Shown one piece after another: positions 51,101-58,792 of a DNA stretch of 64,000 bases; position 1 is the stretch's first letter; each line of letters opens with the position of its first letter. This DNA is from Pocillopora damicornis (lineage: Eukaryota). The notes under the pieces were generated by a model. That model did no database searches. It had not been told where the DNA came from and was given only the letters and a program-made list of their open reading frames with translations. The DNA is taken from positions 1 to 64,000 of the forward strand of contig NW_020845755.1 of NCBI RefSeq assembly GCF_003704095.1, in the 5' to 3' direction. A program made the position numbers and the translations under genes.

Positions 51101-51492
51101 AATAAAAAGGTTCTAAAATCCTAAGCGTCGTAATAGCTTTCAATAAAAATGACTTTGGTTAGCAAGTGCTACTTACTGGCAGAGGCGAGTATGCATTGGA
51201 CACTTGTGCATGGTGGCGTCACATTCCCACTCGAGTTAGATGTGCCCAGGACGGTTCTACAAAACGAGCTTCGAATTTCATCGTTCCTTTGCAATTTTTC
51301 TATTGCCAAAAATATGACTAGACTGATACAGGCCAGGGAAAGCAGAACTACCACAAACACAAGTACTGAAGTGCTACATCCATTTCTTTGCACCCGTTTT
51401 CTACTGTGTATTATATGGCCGTCAGGACTGTTTGAATTTCCATCAAGATGCATCTTCTCTTCCATTGTTAAGCGGTATTTGGGATCTGCCAT
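6024..51492 (-). CDS. M13 family zinc metallopeptidase (endothelin-converting enzyme/neprilysin-like), type II membrane protein, 19 coding exons, 777 aa
   Basis: Manual splice: 51492-51177, 49742-49546, 49390-49133, 48219-48154, 43046-42930, 42770-42681, 41306-41173, 38898-38667, 37623-37525, 36657-36580, 22495-22392, 22072-22014, 19727-19676, 16530-16463, 13962-13838, 12943-12878, 12532-12437, 11951-11875, 6123-6024. All introns are GT-AG with compatible phases; total 2334 nt. N-terminal TM segment, then [43 protein letters not shown] and terminal KKCSIW*. Confidence 0.93.
7900..9260 (-). mobile_element. highly decayed DIRS/Ngaro-like retroelement
   Basis: [27 protein letters not shown] (RT YxDD context typical of DIRS); remainder heavily disrupted. 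Confidence 0.45.
11318..11353 (-). ncRNA. degenerate minimal hammerhead ribozyme (PLE/retrozyme-type repeat)
   Basis: Minus strand CTGACGA-GGGGCTAACACAC-GAAA-CGTC; core boxes present, stem II damaged. Confidence 0.5.
11875..11951 (-). CDS. M13 gene 1 exon 18
   Basis: [26 protein letters not shown]; TTCTTAG / GTAATC; phase 0 in, phase 2 out fits neighbours. Confidence 0.85.
12437..12532 (-). CDS. M13 gene 1 exon 17
   Basis: [32 protein letters not shown]. Confidence 0.93.
12878..12943 (-). CDS. M13 gene 1 exon 16 (GENIAD, third zinc ligand)
   Basis: [22 protein letters not shown]; TAG / GTACGT. Confidence 0.95.
13838..13962 (-). CDS. M13 gene 1 exon 15
   Basis: [41 protein letters not shown]. 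Confidence 0.93.
16463..16530 (-). CDS. M13 gene 1 exon 14 (HExxH zinc motif)
   Basis: [23 protein letters not shown]; CAG / GTAAGT. Confidence 0.95.
17860..18285 (-). mobile_element. CR1/L2 LINE reverse transcriptase fragment
   Basis: HSTETSLL...[15 protein letters not shown]; [19 protein letters not shown]. Confidence 0.8.
19211..19386. repeat. long palindromic repeat
   Basis: AAATGTAAAATGGTTTCCGTGTTTACATAGCCTGATGTAAACAC / GTGTTTACATCAGGCTATGTAAAACCGGAAACTATTTTACATTT. Confidence 0.8.
19676..19727 (-). CDS. M13 gene 1 exon 13
   Basis: [17 protein letters not shown]; CAG / GTAAGT. Confidence 0.93.
22014..22072 (-). CDS. M13 gene 1 exon 12 (VNAFY substrate-binding motif)
   Basis: [19 protein letters not shown]; TAG / GTAAGT. 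Confidence 0.93.
22392..22495 (-). CDS. M13 gene 1 exon 11
   Basis: [35 protein letters not shown]; CAG / GTAAGG. Confidence 0.88.
26283..26410 (+). repeat. left inverted repeat of Polinton-like element
   Basis: Reverse complement aligns ungapped to 34000-34127, 19 mismatches in 128 nt by hand (~85%). Confidence 0.9.
26709..27600 (-). pseudogene. Polinton-type retroviral-like integrase, frameshifted
   Basis: [14 protein letters not shown]...[10 protein letters not shown]...HIPRPTFHV; [26 protein letters not shown]...LQVD; [20 protein letters not shown]...[21 protein letters not shown]. Confidence 0.8.
27700..28990 (-). pseudogene. cluster of small, same-strand Polinton accessory ORF remnants
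   Basis: Tightly packed short ORFs 28753-28935, 28111-28362 (hydrophobic stretch plus PQ-rich tail) and 27918-28103 (MSDNRLVKT...GIGWIAK...DPSSNLMNY) directly upstream of the integrase. Confidence 0.55.
29045..31540 (-). mobile_element. PIF/Harbinger-type transposon (DDE_Tnp_4 transposase with THAP-domain remnant) nested in the Polinton; ends approximate
   Basis: [13 protein letters not shown]...[14 protein letters not shown] | [13 protein letters not shown]...MVDCGF...MPPF...[22 protein letters not shown]-like CICSNHF...[14 protein letters not shown] near 30990-31060. GT-AG intron ~29933-29788. Confidence 0.8.
31637..32340 (+). mobile_element. 5'-truncated CR1/L2-type LINE spanning the N gap, with (ATT)n tail and 9-bp TSD
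   Basis: [20 protein letters not shown] (RT) ... [34 protein letters not shown]; AATAAA then (TTA)n; TAATGCAGC at 31628-31636 and 32340-32348. Confidence 0.85.
31710..31809. other. assembly gap
   Basis: 100 N. Confidence 0.99.
32775..33500 (-). pseudogene. protein-primed family B DNA polymerase, C-terminal remnant
   Basis: [14 protein letters not shown]...[16 protein letters not shown]...MCDFYYN...[13 protein letters not shown]...FDTSNY...[28 protein letters not shown]...KCKGVKK...[11 protein letters not shown]. Confidence 0.9.
33505..33986 (+). pseudogene. probable Polinton major capsid protein C-terminal remnant
   Basis: [25 protein letters not shown]...[27 protein letters not shown] ... 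[41 protein letters not shown]. Capsid identity is from recall of similar cnidarian elements and position, not from a search. Confidence 0.6.
34000..34127 (-). repeat. right inverted repeat of Polinton-like element
   Basis: AAAATCAAGGCACACCACG...TTTCACAGGA is the inverted copy of 26283-26410. Confidence 0.9.
34740..35690 (-). mobile_element. DNA-transposon remnant with acidic N-terminal ORF (possibly Kolobok-associated P2RX7-like accessory gene)
   Basis: MTDSDLY...[10 protein letters not shown]...[19 protein letters not shown]; family assignment by recall only. Confidence 0.35.
36580..36657 (-). CDS. M13 gene 1 exon 10
   Basis: [26 protein letters not shown]; CAG / GTAAGT. Confidence 0.9.
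37525..37623 (-). CDS. M13 gene 1 exon 9
   Basis: [33 protein letters not shown]. Confidence 0.92.
38350..38507. repeat. palindromic repeat
   Basis: GTGCGTATGTCAAGTTATGGATGCAC...GGCTGCGCC...GTGCATATATAACCCGATATACGCAC. Confidence 0.7.
38667..38898 (-). CDS. M13 gene 1 exon 8
   Basis: [11 protein letters not shown]...WKKCI...[13 protein letters not shown]; CAG / GTGAGG. Confidence 0.92.
38966..39152. mobile_element. Tc1/pogo-type MITE fragment
   Basis: TACGGTCAAACCTG terminus and repeated (A)AGCGGTCA motifs. Confidence 0.5.
39500..40310 (-). mobile_element. Penelope-like element remnant (RT thumb plus GIY-YIG)
   Basis: [11 protein letters not shown]..; [28 protein letters not shown]...RFREQLR. 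Confidence 0.85.
41173..41306 (-). CDS. M13 gene 1 exon 7
   Basis: [11 protein letters not shown]...[18 protein letters not shown]. Confidence 0.88.
41755..42150. mobile_element. pogo/Tc1-like MITE
   Basis: ACTCCCGTTATTAC... / ...AATAACGGAAGTGGACTGTA inverted termini; repeated CTCGCTATTACGGAC motifs. Confidence 0.55.
42681..42770 (-). CDS. M13 gene 1 exon 6
   Basis: [30 protein letters not shown]; AAG / GTGAGG. Confidence 0.85.
42930..43046 (-). CDS. M13 gene 1 exon 5
   Basis: [18 protein letters not shown]...[11 protein letters not shown]; TAG / GTAAGA. Confidence 0.88.
44620..45600 (+). mobile_element. internally deleted Penelope-like element (RT plus GIY-YIG remnants)
   Basis: [11 protein letters not shown]; [14 protein letters not shown]...FLD...KPTHTDQYL; [14 protein letters not shown]; [18 protein letters not shown]. 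Confidence 0.85.
46130..47830 (-). mobile_element. CR1/L2 LINE ORF2 remnant (APE endonuclease plus RT)
   Basis: [24 protein letters not shown] (APE); STGPDGIP...[11 protein letters not shown]...[16 protein letters not shown]...FRKGHST...[11 protein letters not shown]; [15 protein letters not shown]. Confidence 0.9.
48154..48219 (-). CDS. M13 gene 1 exon 4
   Basis: [22 protein letters not shown]; TTTTCAG / GTAAGT. Confidence 0.85.
49133..49390 (-). CDS. M13 gene 1 exon 3
   Basis: [38 protein letters not shown]...RYVIM; 258 nt. Confidence 0.9.
49546..49742 (-). CDS. M13 gene 1 exon 2
   Basis: [23 protein letters not shown]...; 197 nt; AG / GTGAGT. Confidence 0.92.
51177..51492 (-). CDS. M13 gene 1 exon 1 (start, cytosolic tail, TM anchor)
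   Basis: MADPKY...[23 protein letters not shown]...[11 protein letters not shown]; donor A|GTAAGT. Confidence 0.85.
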
Positions 51493-52302
51493 TTTTCTCC
51501 TCGATGGACTCAGACGCTTTTTTAATTTACAGAAAAATACTGAAATGATATGCCTTTGTCCTTATGGTGAACTGATGTCAAGTGGAAAATGAGGGAACAC
51601 TCTGGCAAAGTGCTATTCGAATTATAAGGATTTCGAATTTGGCAGCTGAAAATGTTTTCAATCAGTACATTATAGATATTGTTCATTTTTGATTCGCCCA
51701 TTATGCACCACATGCTTTGTTTGTGGTTCCGCAACATAACTGACTTAATAAACCGAAAAAGTGATTTCATCTATGGTCCACTGACCTATCTTTTTGTCGG
51801 CAGGTGACTGGTTTTTTGGATAAATTTAATAAAAACTGATTAGCATTACCGTTTACGTTTGTTGGTAGTGTTCAATAGGCGATCCGCCATTCTAATCGGC
51901 TTTCCCTTGATGGATCGTAGAATTGCAAGAAAGTGAAAATTAAGGTATGAAGTAGTCGTTATGCTTTGCTGGATTCTTTGCGGGCTTGGAAGCGTTCAAA
52001 CCAATATTTTTAAGGGTATAATTGATGTCACTTGGCAGTCGCGCGTTCTCGTAAATTTACACCTTGAAAGTATCTTATTGTATTCCAAGAGCGTGGATTA
52101 TTATTTTTTTTTGTTACGCAAGATGTAAAGCGACAAAGCTTTTATGACACAGGTTCAAATTGTAAGTAATTCTTAGTAAGGTGAGTCAGTACGTTTTTAC
52201 ATAACAGGTGATAAGTAGGAGTGGTGATATGACTATGCTGCCAACTCAGGAAGGGCTCCTGGGTCGATTTGACCAAAAATAGCGCCAACAGCAATAAGCA
52301 AC

Positions 52303-52405
52303 GAGGTTTAATTTGCATTTTCAAAGTTTCCCAAAATTTCCCGAGTCGCGGAGCAACTCGGGAAATTTTGGGAAAACTTTGAAAATACAAGTGAAATTTA
52401 TCCTT
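52303..52405. repeat. near-perfect palindrome
   Basis: TTTTCAAAGTTTCCCAAAATTTCCCGAGT-CGCGGAGCA-ACTCGGGAAATTTTGGGAAAACTTTGAAAA. Confidence 0.85.
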
Positions 52406-53689
52406 AATTGCCTGAGGGCACTTGCGACTTCTTATTCATCACTTAAAGGCAAAATTTTTGAGGGGATTGCATTCGAGCACGATGTCCCCGCGATGAAGCC
52501 TTTTCAATGCCGCCACAAACGTAACTGACCAATAGATCCAATGAACATTTTTATTCTCAAAATACAGTTAACAACGTTACACGGCTTAATTCAGTTAAAC
52601 TGCAATCGATCAATCGTTGCCGCAAACAGCAGAAAGGTTCAAAATGTATTTATCTGAACAATACACCTAAATCGGAGTCAGATTCTGAACGAAGAAATTT
52701 TCTGGTAACTAAGCATGCTCTGGCCGACACTTTCTCGGGAAGAATGGTTTCCAGCGATGTTGAGAGTTACACTGCAATGACTGAAATTGAAAATTTGACT
52801 CAGAGCTGAGCTGGGATGTGTTTGCACTGCGGACAGTGGTTGGATTACCCGAGTTCTAACCATCATTGTTATCTCTATGTCAACAGACATGTACAATTGT
52901 TTGTACAATTAAACAAAAACATTTAATGAAAAGAGATCAAAGAACCTATAATAAAACACTAAATATAATCAAAGTCGGTGAAAAGAAAAAATTGATCTGT
53001 AAGAAAATGAAAAGCAACATCACAAAAATCCTCATAAAAAAATTCTGGAAAAGGTGTATCACCCTCCCCTTGAATAGCTTACAAAGAGGTATGACCCCTT
53101 TTGGTGCTCACTTTAATTGATGACCCTCCCCTCTGAGGCCCAAGCCCTTCCCCCCAAGAATAAACGTACCTTTCCTTAGCTTTACCGGTACTATTTTTTT
53201 ATAACCATTAAATAGATTCAGTCATTCAGTGACTAAGCAGGGTAAACATACAGACGATAGCCAGATGAGAAACTCTGTGGGCGGAAGGATGGCACATATC
53301 GGTTGCATCCAATCACGGAGCGACTGAAGGCTTACGTATGTTAGAGCCATAATCGAAGGTGTGCTTAAAATCATTTCAGGGTTGTTATGTAGCTGAAGGG
53401 AAGCATTCCTTTAGCGATTTCTACCTGTAACAAAACGTCTTTTGTAGAGTCACGCAACAGGTCAGCCAATCAATCTATTTAAAGAAAAGCAGTACTTTAG
53501 TTCATAGTAAAAGCACGGATTTCATCTTTGCTCATGAGTGAAGCCATTAGATTTAAAAGATACCTGTCGAGGTTTGCTCTGTTGGTGGCCCTGCCATTAC
53601 ATGTATAATATAGTATACATTTTTCATGCTTGTAGCCTTGCAAATATCCTGGGTATCATTATCACAAACGAACCTAACTCATTTCATAA

Positions 53690-55090
53690 CATCGAAACTA
53701 TGCATGTAAGTGTTCTAACATTCCATACGGACCACGTTCCAGGGACGTTCAATGTTACTCTCCGCATTCCTCGATTACCAAAACAGTCTTGCACTGGTTA
53801 TAATTTCAAGAAAGCAGATTCTGAAACCTTCCAAAAAAAGTTTCGCGATGCAGACTTGACTGACCTGATCTCTACCACCCTAAATGGGGAACTTTGAGAA
53901 TTGGTATTTCAACTTACATCTCTCATTGACGAGCACATACCCAAAGTAAAACTCAAGAGTATCAACTCTCCTCTATGGATTGTTGGTCAAGTTAATCACT
54001 TGCTCCGAAAGCAAAACGTCAGAAATAAAACTTAAAAGACTAATGGTGAATACTATCGTGAAAAATTCTGTACTCTTTATTGTGAATGCAAGTTGCTAAT
54101 CTACAGTAAATGTAACGACTACACAGACTCTTTCAAGCGTCACTTCACGGGAATCCAAAAAAAATTTTTGGTCGTTTCATAAAAGTAAAAGGAAATTACC
54201 TTCAGTACCTACCATTGTTAAATATTGCGGTCAGTTTCTTTGTACTCTAGCTCGTCAGGTTGAAGCGTGTAATCATTACTTTTTCCCTTCATTTTCGTCT
54301 GATCCACCACCTTGTGTGAGCTCTATACTGAACTTAAATGCAATGTTATCTTCCATCCTACTGACCTTTTCCGTAGTAGAATCATTGCTACGCGACTTAG
54401 ATATCAGCAAAACCTATGAACCTGTCAGTCTCCCGACTGATTTTTTTTTTTTGCGTATGCAAGTTTTTTGACAAATCACGGTACCTAAACCTTACCTTGG
54501 TACGGTACCTAAATTGTGGAAATAACCATTGGTCATACCTATCCACAAGAAAAAAAGATAACGAACTAGTGGAAAATTACGAGCCTATTTCATTGCTCTG
54601 TATCCTACCCAAAGTGCTTGAAATACGTATTTTCAAAAGATGTATTAACCACCTGCATTTCCTATTTTACTTAGCAACACGGATTCCTGCGTGGCCGTTT
54701 AACAGTCACTCAGATGCTTTGTTTTTATTGGGAATCACGTCGTATTGCAAACTGACACACAAAAATATTGGTAAAGTTATCAATGCAAACCTTAACTGGA
54801 GTTCCCACGTCTCTTCCATATTATCCAAAGCATCATCTACAAAACAGTTGACCCTCCTTTCGGATCCAAAGTCAAGCGCTCTCTCTACCTGAGCCTTGTG
54901 CGATCCTATGTCGGACATTCTGGTGAAGTGTGGACGCCGCCTCTGCACAGTGGTGGTCTACAAGCAATCGAGGGAGTTCAACGTCGAGCCAGAAATTTTA
55001 TTTTAGATTCCCAAATACCCTAATTCCGTACAAGAAAAGACTTATTGCACTGAACCTTTTTCCAGTGTCTCACTGGCATGAAATCAGGGA
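53690..55090 (+). mobile_element. decayed CR1/L2 LINE
   Basis: YNFKKADSE; PLWIV; VENYEPISLLCILPKVLE; NLNWSSHV; LQAIEGVQRRARNFIL. Confidence 0.75.
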
Positions 55091-57275
55091 TTGAGTATTT
55101 TCCCATAAGGCCATATATGCCCATATATGGGCATATATGAAGGTCTCTAATTGGATTTCGTAACCCTAACAGGGCCATTTCGGTGGGTGATAATTTTCTC
55201 AACTTGCATTGATCTGTTGAAGTTTATGGTCACCGTAAGGTGTAGGTTTATCTCTTTTAGCCAAAATGATGATATCGTTCATTTTAGAAGTTTTCAAAGT
55301 ATTGTTCGTTGTAACGAACGCTGTAGTCATGGTAATGACTTCCTTCCGTTAAAGTTTGATCAAGGGATAAAAGTATTAGTACAGACAGGTCAGTATAAAA
55401 GAAACGAATAGCAATGTCAACAAGTGCATAAAACACAAAAGGTGACGTCAATCCCATCGTTCCATGACAAGGGGGATGGAGAAGAATTGACTGAACACAA
55501 TTCTGCTGTTAAAGTGAATACTTCTTCCGAAGCGGGAACACCTTCTGAGATGAAAATCAGCCTCTCGTTGCAAAGATGGAATGTCACCATCATCACTCGT
55601 GGAATCGCACTCAAATATTCCATCTTCCCCTTCGTCTCGTTTCCCGCTGTTTTCTTGCTACTCCTCGAAGTTAGCGTTCGAGGCTGACCGGTTCGCCAGG
55701 CTACGACGGCGGAGTTCCTTGCCACCGTTGTTTATGCTTAGTCCCTCATCTTCTGTATGCCCTGTGGTGCCATCGGTACTGGTGATAACGGTTGACTATT
55801 ACTGGTATGGCCGACAGGATCATGGCACGTTCGAATTTGGATTTCTAAAATAGTACATCGCCCAGTGGGTTGTCCTCTTCAAGCCTTTTTGGCTGCATTT
55901 CAAAAGTTTATCCTTGTGATGCACTACCGAGCGAATATTCTTCACGTCTAGTCTCATTTGACTCAGTATGTTAAGAGCGTCATATCGGTAAAATTCTGAG
56001 ACTTGCTGGGGGGTTTTTCAACACCGTTAAGCGTATTAGTTGACGCAGCACTCTTCGATGCCACGTTTCCCTGTGGGCCATTGAGGGTTTCTGGTAAATT
56101 GGTGACTTCGCTTCAGATATAATTGTCATACCCGCACAATAACTGAAGAGTGTCGCTGAACAGCCCGACCGCCTCTTAAATGCTAAGTTAAAAGCACCAG
56201 GCCTCTACGAGTGGTACTTTTCATGGACTGAGAAGATCAATTTTTTAATAAATTCTCAACATGGGACATCCTAGTTCTCTGTTCGTTTAAGTGAGTATTT
56301 CCCGAATCTTGTTCCTCAAAATCGCCGATTCCTGTGTCCCGTTCACAATAGCAATCCCGCATCTTGCTCCCCTCATAAATTCCCGAATCCCGGCCTTTAA
56401 ATAAGCCCAATCCCGAATCCCGAAAAACTAGACAAAACTGTATGATGGGGATCGGGATTGGCCGGTATAAACCGTCGAGATTGCGGGATTGAGAAAATTT
56501 TGGTCGGGATTGCGGGATTGCAGAGTGGAGACTCTTTTTCAACGTAGTCATTTCAATCCAATATGTAACTAGTGGAAGTGAATATAAATACATAGATACA
56601 CCCGTTTTCAAAAACGTCGCAAATTTGAAACTATTTATCAATATATGTGGCTTATATTTTCTCATCAAAAAGAGACACGGTGACGCACACTCAATCGACC
56701 TTGTTGGCCAAAGAAACAAGCAGTATGCAGTCGAAACGTTACGATCCACAGCCGAAGTGACCACACCATGAGAGAAACATGAGACGAGCTTTCACATAAA
56801 AAAAAGGCTCGTGTGAAATTCGTACGAAATGCATAACCAACCAATCAGAAAAGTAAAACGAGTGTGAAAATACATGGTTCTTCTAATCAGAGACACGGTT
56901 ATTGTGACTCTTCTATCTTATCCTCTCGAAGTATTGCGTATTTCCTACGCAGCGTGCGAACGTGACTACGACCTGTCATCAGTGAAGTGTGTTTGCCAAT
57001 GTAAATTATTGCAACCAGAAAAAAAGGCTATGCGGCAGACCAATATATAAGAAACAAAATTATCTATAATGTATCAGACAGCTTTGGAATTAATGTCTCC
57101 ACACGATAGGTAAATCCAGCGATCCCGACAAACGACTTTGAAATTTGTTATTGCACCATGATTTGGCCTATTGACCTGCATCCGTATCAGGTCGTTTTGG
57201 CACAACTGTCCTGTATCATATCAAAATTTTAAGGAAATCACAGCCTGATAAATGGTATAGGTTAGAGCAGCACAC

Positions 57276-58208
57276 AGGGTAAAATATGGACTGGACTATT
57301 GGACACTTGGACTAGTTTTTTTGGACTATTTTTTGGGACTATTTTTTGGGACCAATTTTTTGTAGACCGTTTTTTTGGACCGATAATATCGGGGGGGGGA
57401 GGGGGGAAGGAAGACCATAAGTACTTAGAGAGGGGTGGGATGCAGTCTATCAGTACTCAGGTAGGGGTGGGAGGTAAACTGTTGTTACTGAGGGAGGGAT
57501 GGAGGACAAATTATTAGTACGCAGGGAGGGGGCGGGAGTTTTTAATGGATCATACAAATTATTTTCAGCGGTTTTTCGACTGACTATTCTTGTGTCAAAG
57601 TTTTTGCGCTGGGTCGTAGCGTTTCTTTATTTTTTGCTATCCGAATGCGAAACTGGCGCCTGAACACTGGACTAAAATTGCCATCGACATTATCGCCAAT
57701 ACCCGTTTTCGTTCCTCCATTGTTGAGTCACACGTGTGCCTTTTAAGACGACTTATGCCAGTGCTTAATGATACTCACTGGTTAGCGTGAATCATCCACC
57801 AGTTCCTTCACGTTTCCCTTTGTGTGAAAAGCCCGGGCTCTTCCTATGTACGTAGTAAACCTAGAAATGGTTAACTCGCTAAAATGTGTTCTTTTCAACA
57901 TAGTAAGCGGTCATATAACAAGCGATGCACTGTGGAAGTAAGGTGAGGTGTTTTTATCGAGAAATTTTGACTTTCATTCCTTAGAGCGGCCGAGGTCGTA
58001 AATATTCCCAAGATCTTATGATTTTACCATGACTGTTATTTCACAAGATGATCACCTCACAGCTGGAGCTTAGGCCGCCTCTGCCTTCCTCGATGAAATG
58101 GTCCAAAAATTGGTCCAAAAAAAGGTCTTTAAAAAGGTCCATAAGTGGTCCAAAAAAAAAGTAAAAAAGTAGTCCAATAGTCCAAGGGTCCAGTCCATAT
58201 TTAACCCT
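57276..58208. mobile_element. TIR element with subterminal tandem (TTTTTGGACC-like) arrays
   Basis: AGGGTAAAATATGGACTGGAC / GTCCAGTCCATATTTAACCCT plus mirrored internal repeats. Confidence 0.8.
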
Positions 58209-58488
58209 ATGCCGAACTGGGGGAAAAGACCCAACAACAATCAAAGTACTGACGTCACTACGTATCATTTGCGCTGAGCTTTATTCCCCAAATCTGTTTA
58301 GCGATTAACTAGACAAGTTCTCCTTAACTAAAGACAGTATTCTTACGCTAAAGTTGATCCATGTTCTGTCGGTGAGGCAGAGCCGAAGTTAATTAGAGTC
58401 GAGAGGTAGAGTCGAGGTTAATTAACCCACGAAGAAGAAGAATTAGCCGAACAACGAAATTACTAATGAACGTTGATTGCCGATCAGG

Positions 58489-58792
58489 ATGGAATCAGTG
58501 TATGTTAAGACGAAGAGAGAGACGCGCAGGCCAAACAGTAGAACAAGTTTTGTTTCGTGGAATGTGAAGGAAGCAAAGAAATGTTCAGCACTGGTTAAAT
58601 TTCTAATCCTCACTATCGCTCTACTGATAGTATGTTGCCTTGTCTTACTGAATCTGTACTTGAGGGAGCACGCACGAAATCTCACCGCTGAGGCTGTAGA
58701 GAAACCAGAGACAACAACTACAAGGATACCTGAACACGAAAAATATCATGGCGGTATGTGTTGGACAACAGACTGTCTACATGCGGTATCAG
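58489..58792 (+). CDS. M13 gene 2 exon 1 (start, TM anchor)
   Basis: ATG at 58489, hydrophobic anchor, CxxxxC stalk, donor GTAAGG, phase 1. Confidence 0.85.

Noticed and set aside
51149-51592. 147-aa plus-strand ORF
   Set aside because: Antisense shadow of M13 gene 1 exon 1; no recognisable motifs.
56237-56764. 175-aa ORF
   Set aside because: Runs through a CGGGATT-motif inverted repeat (MITE-like); non-ATG start; no domain signal.
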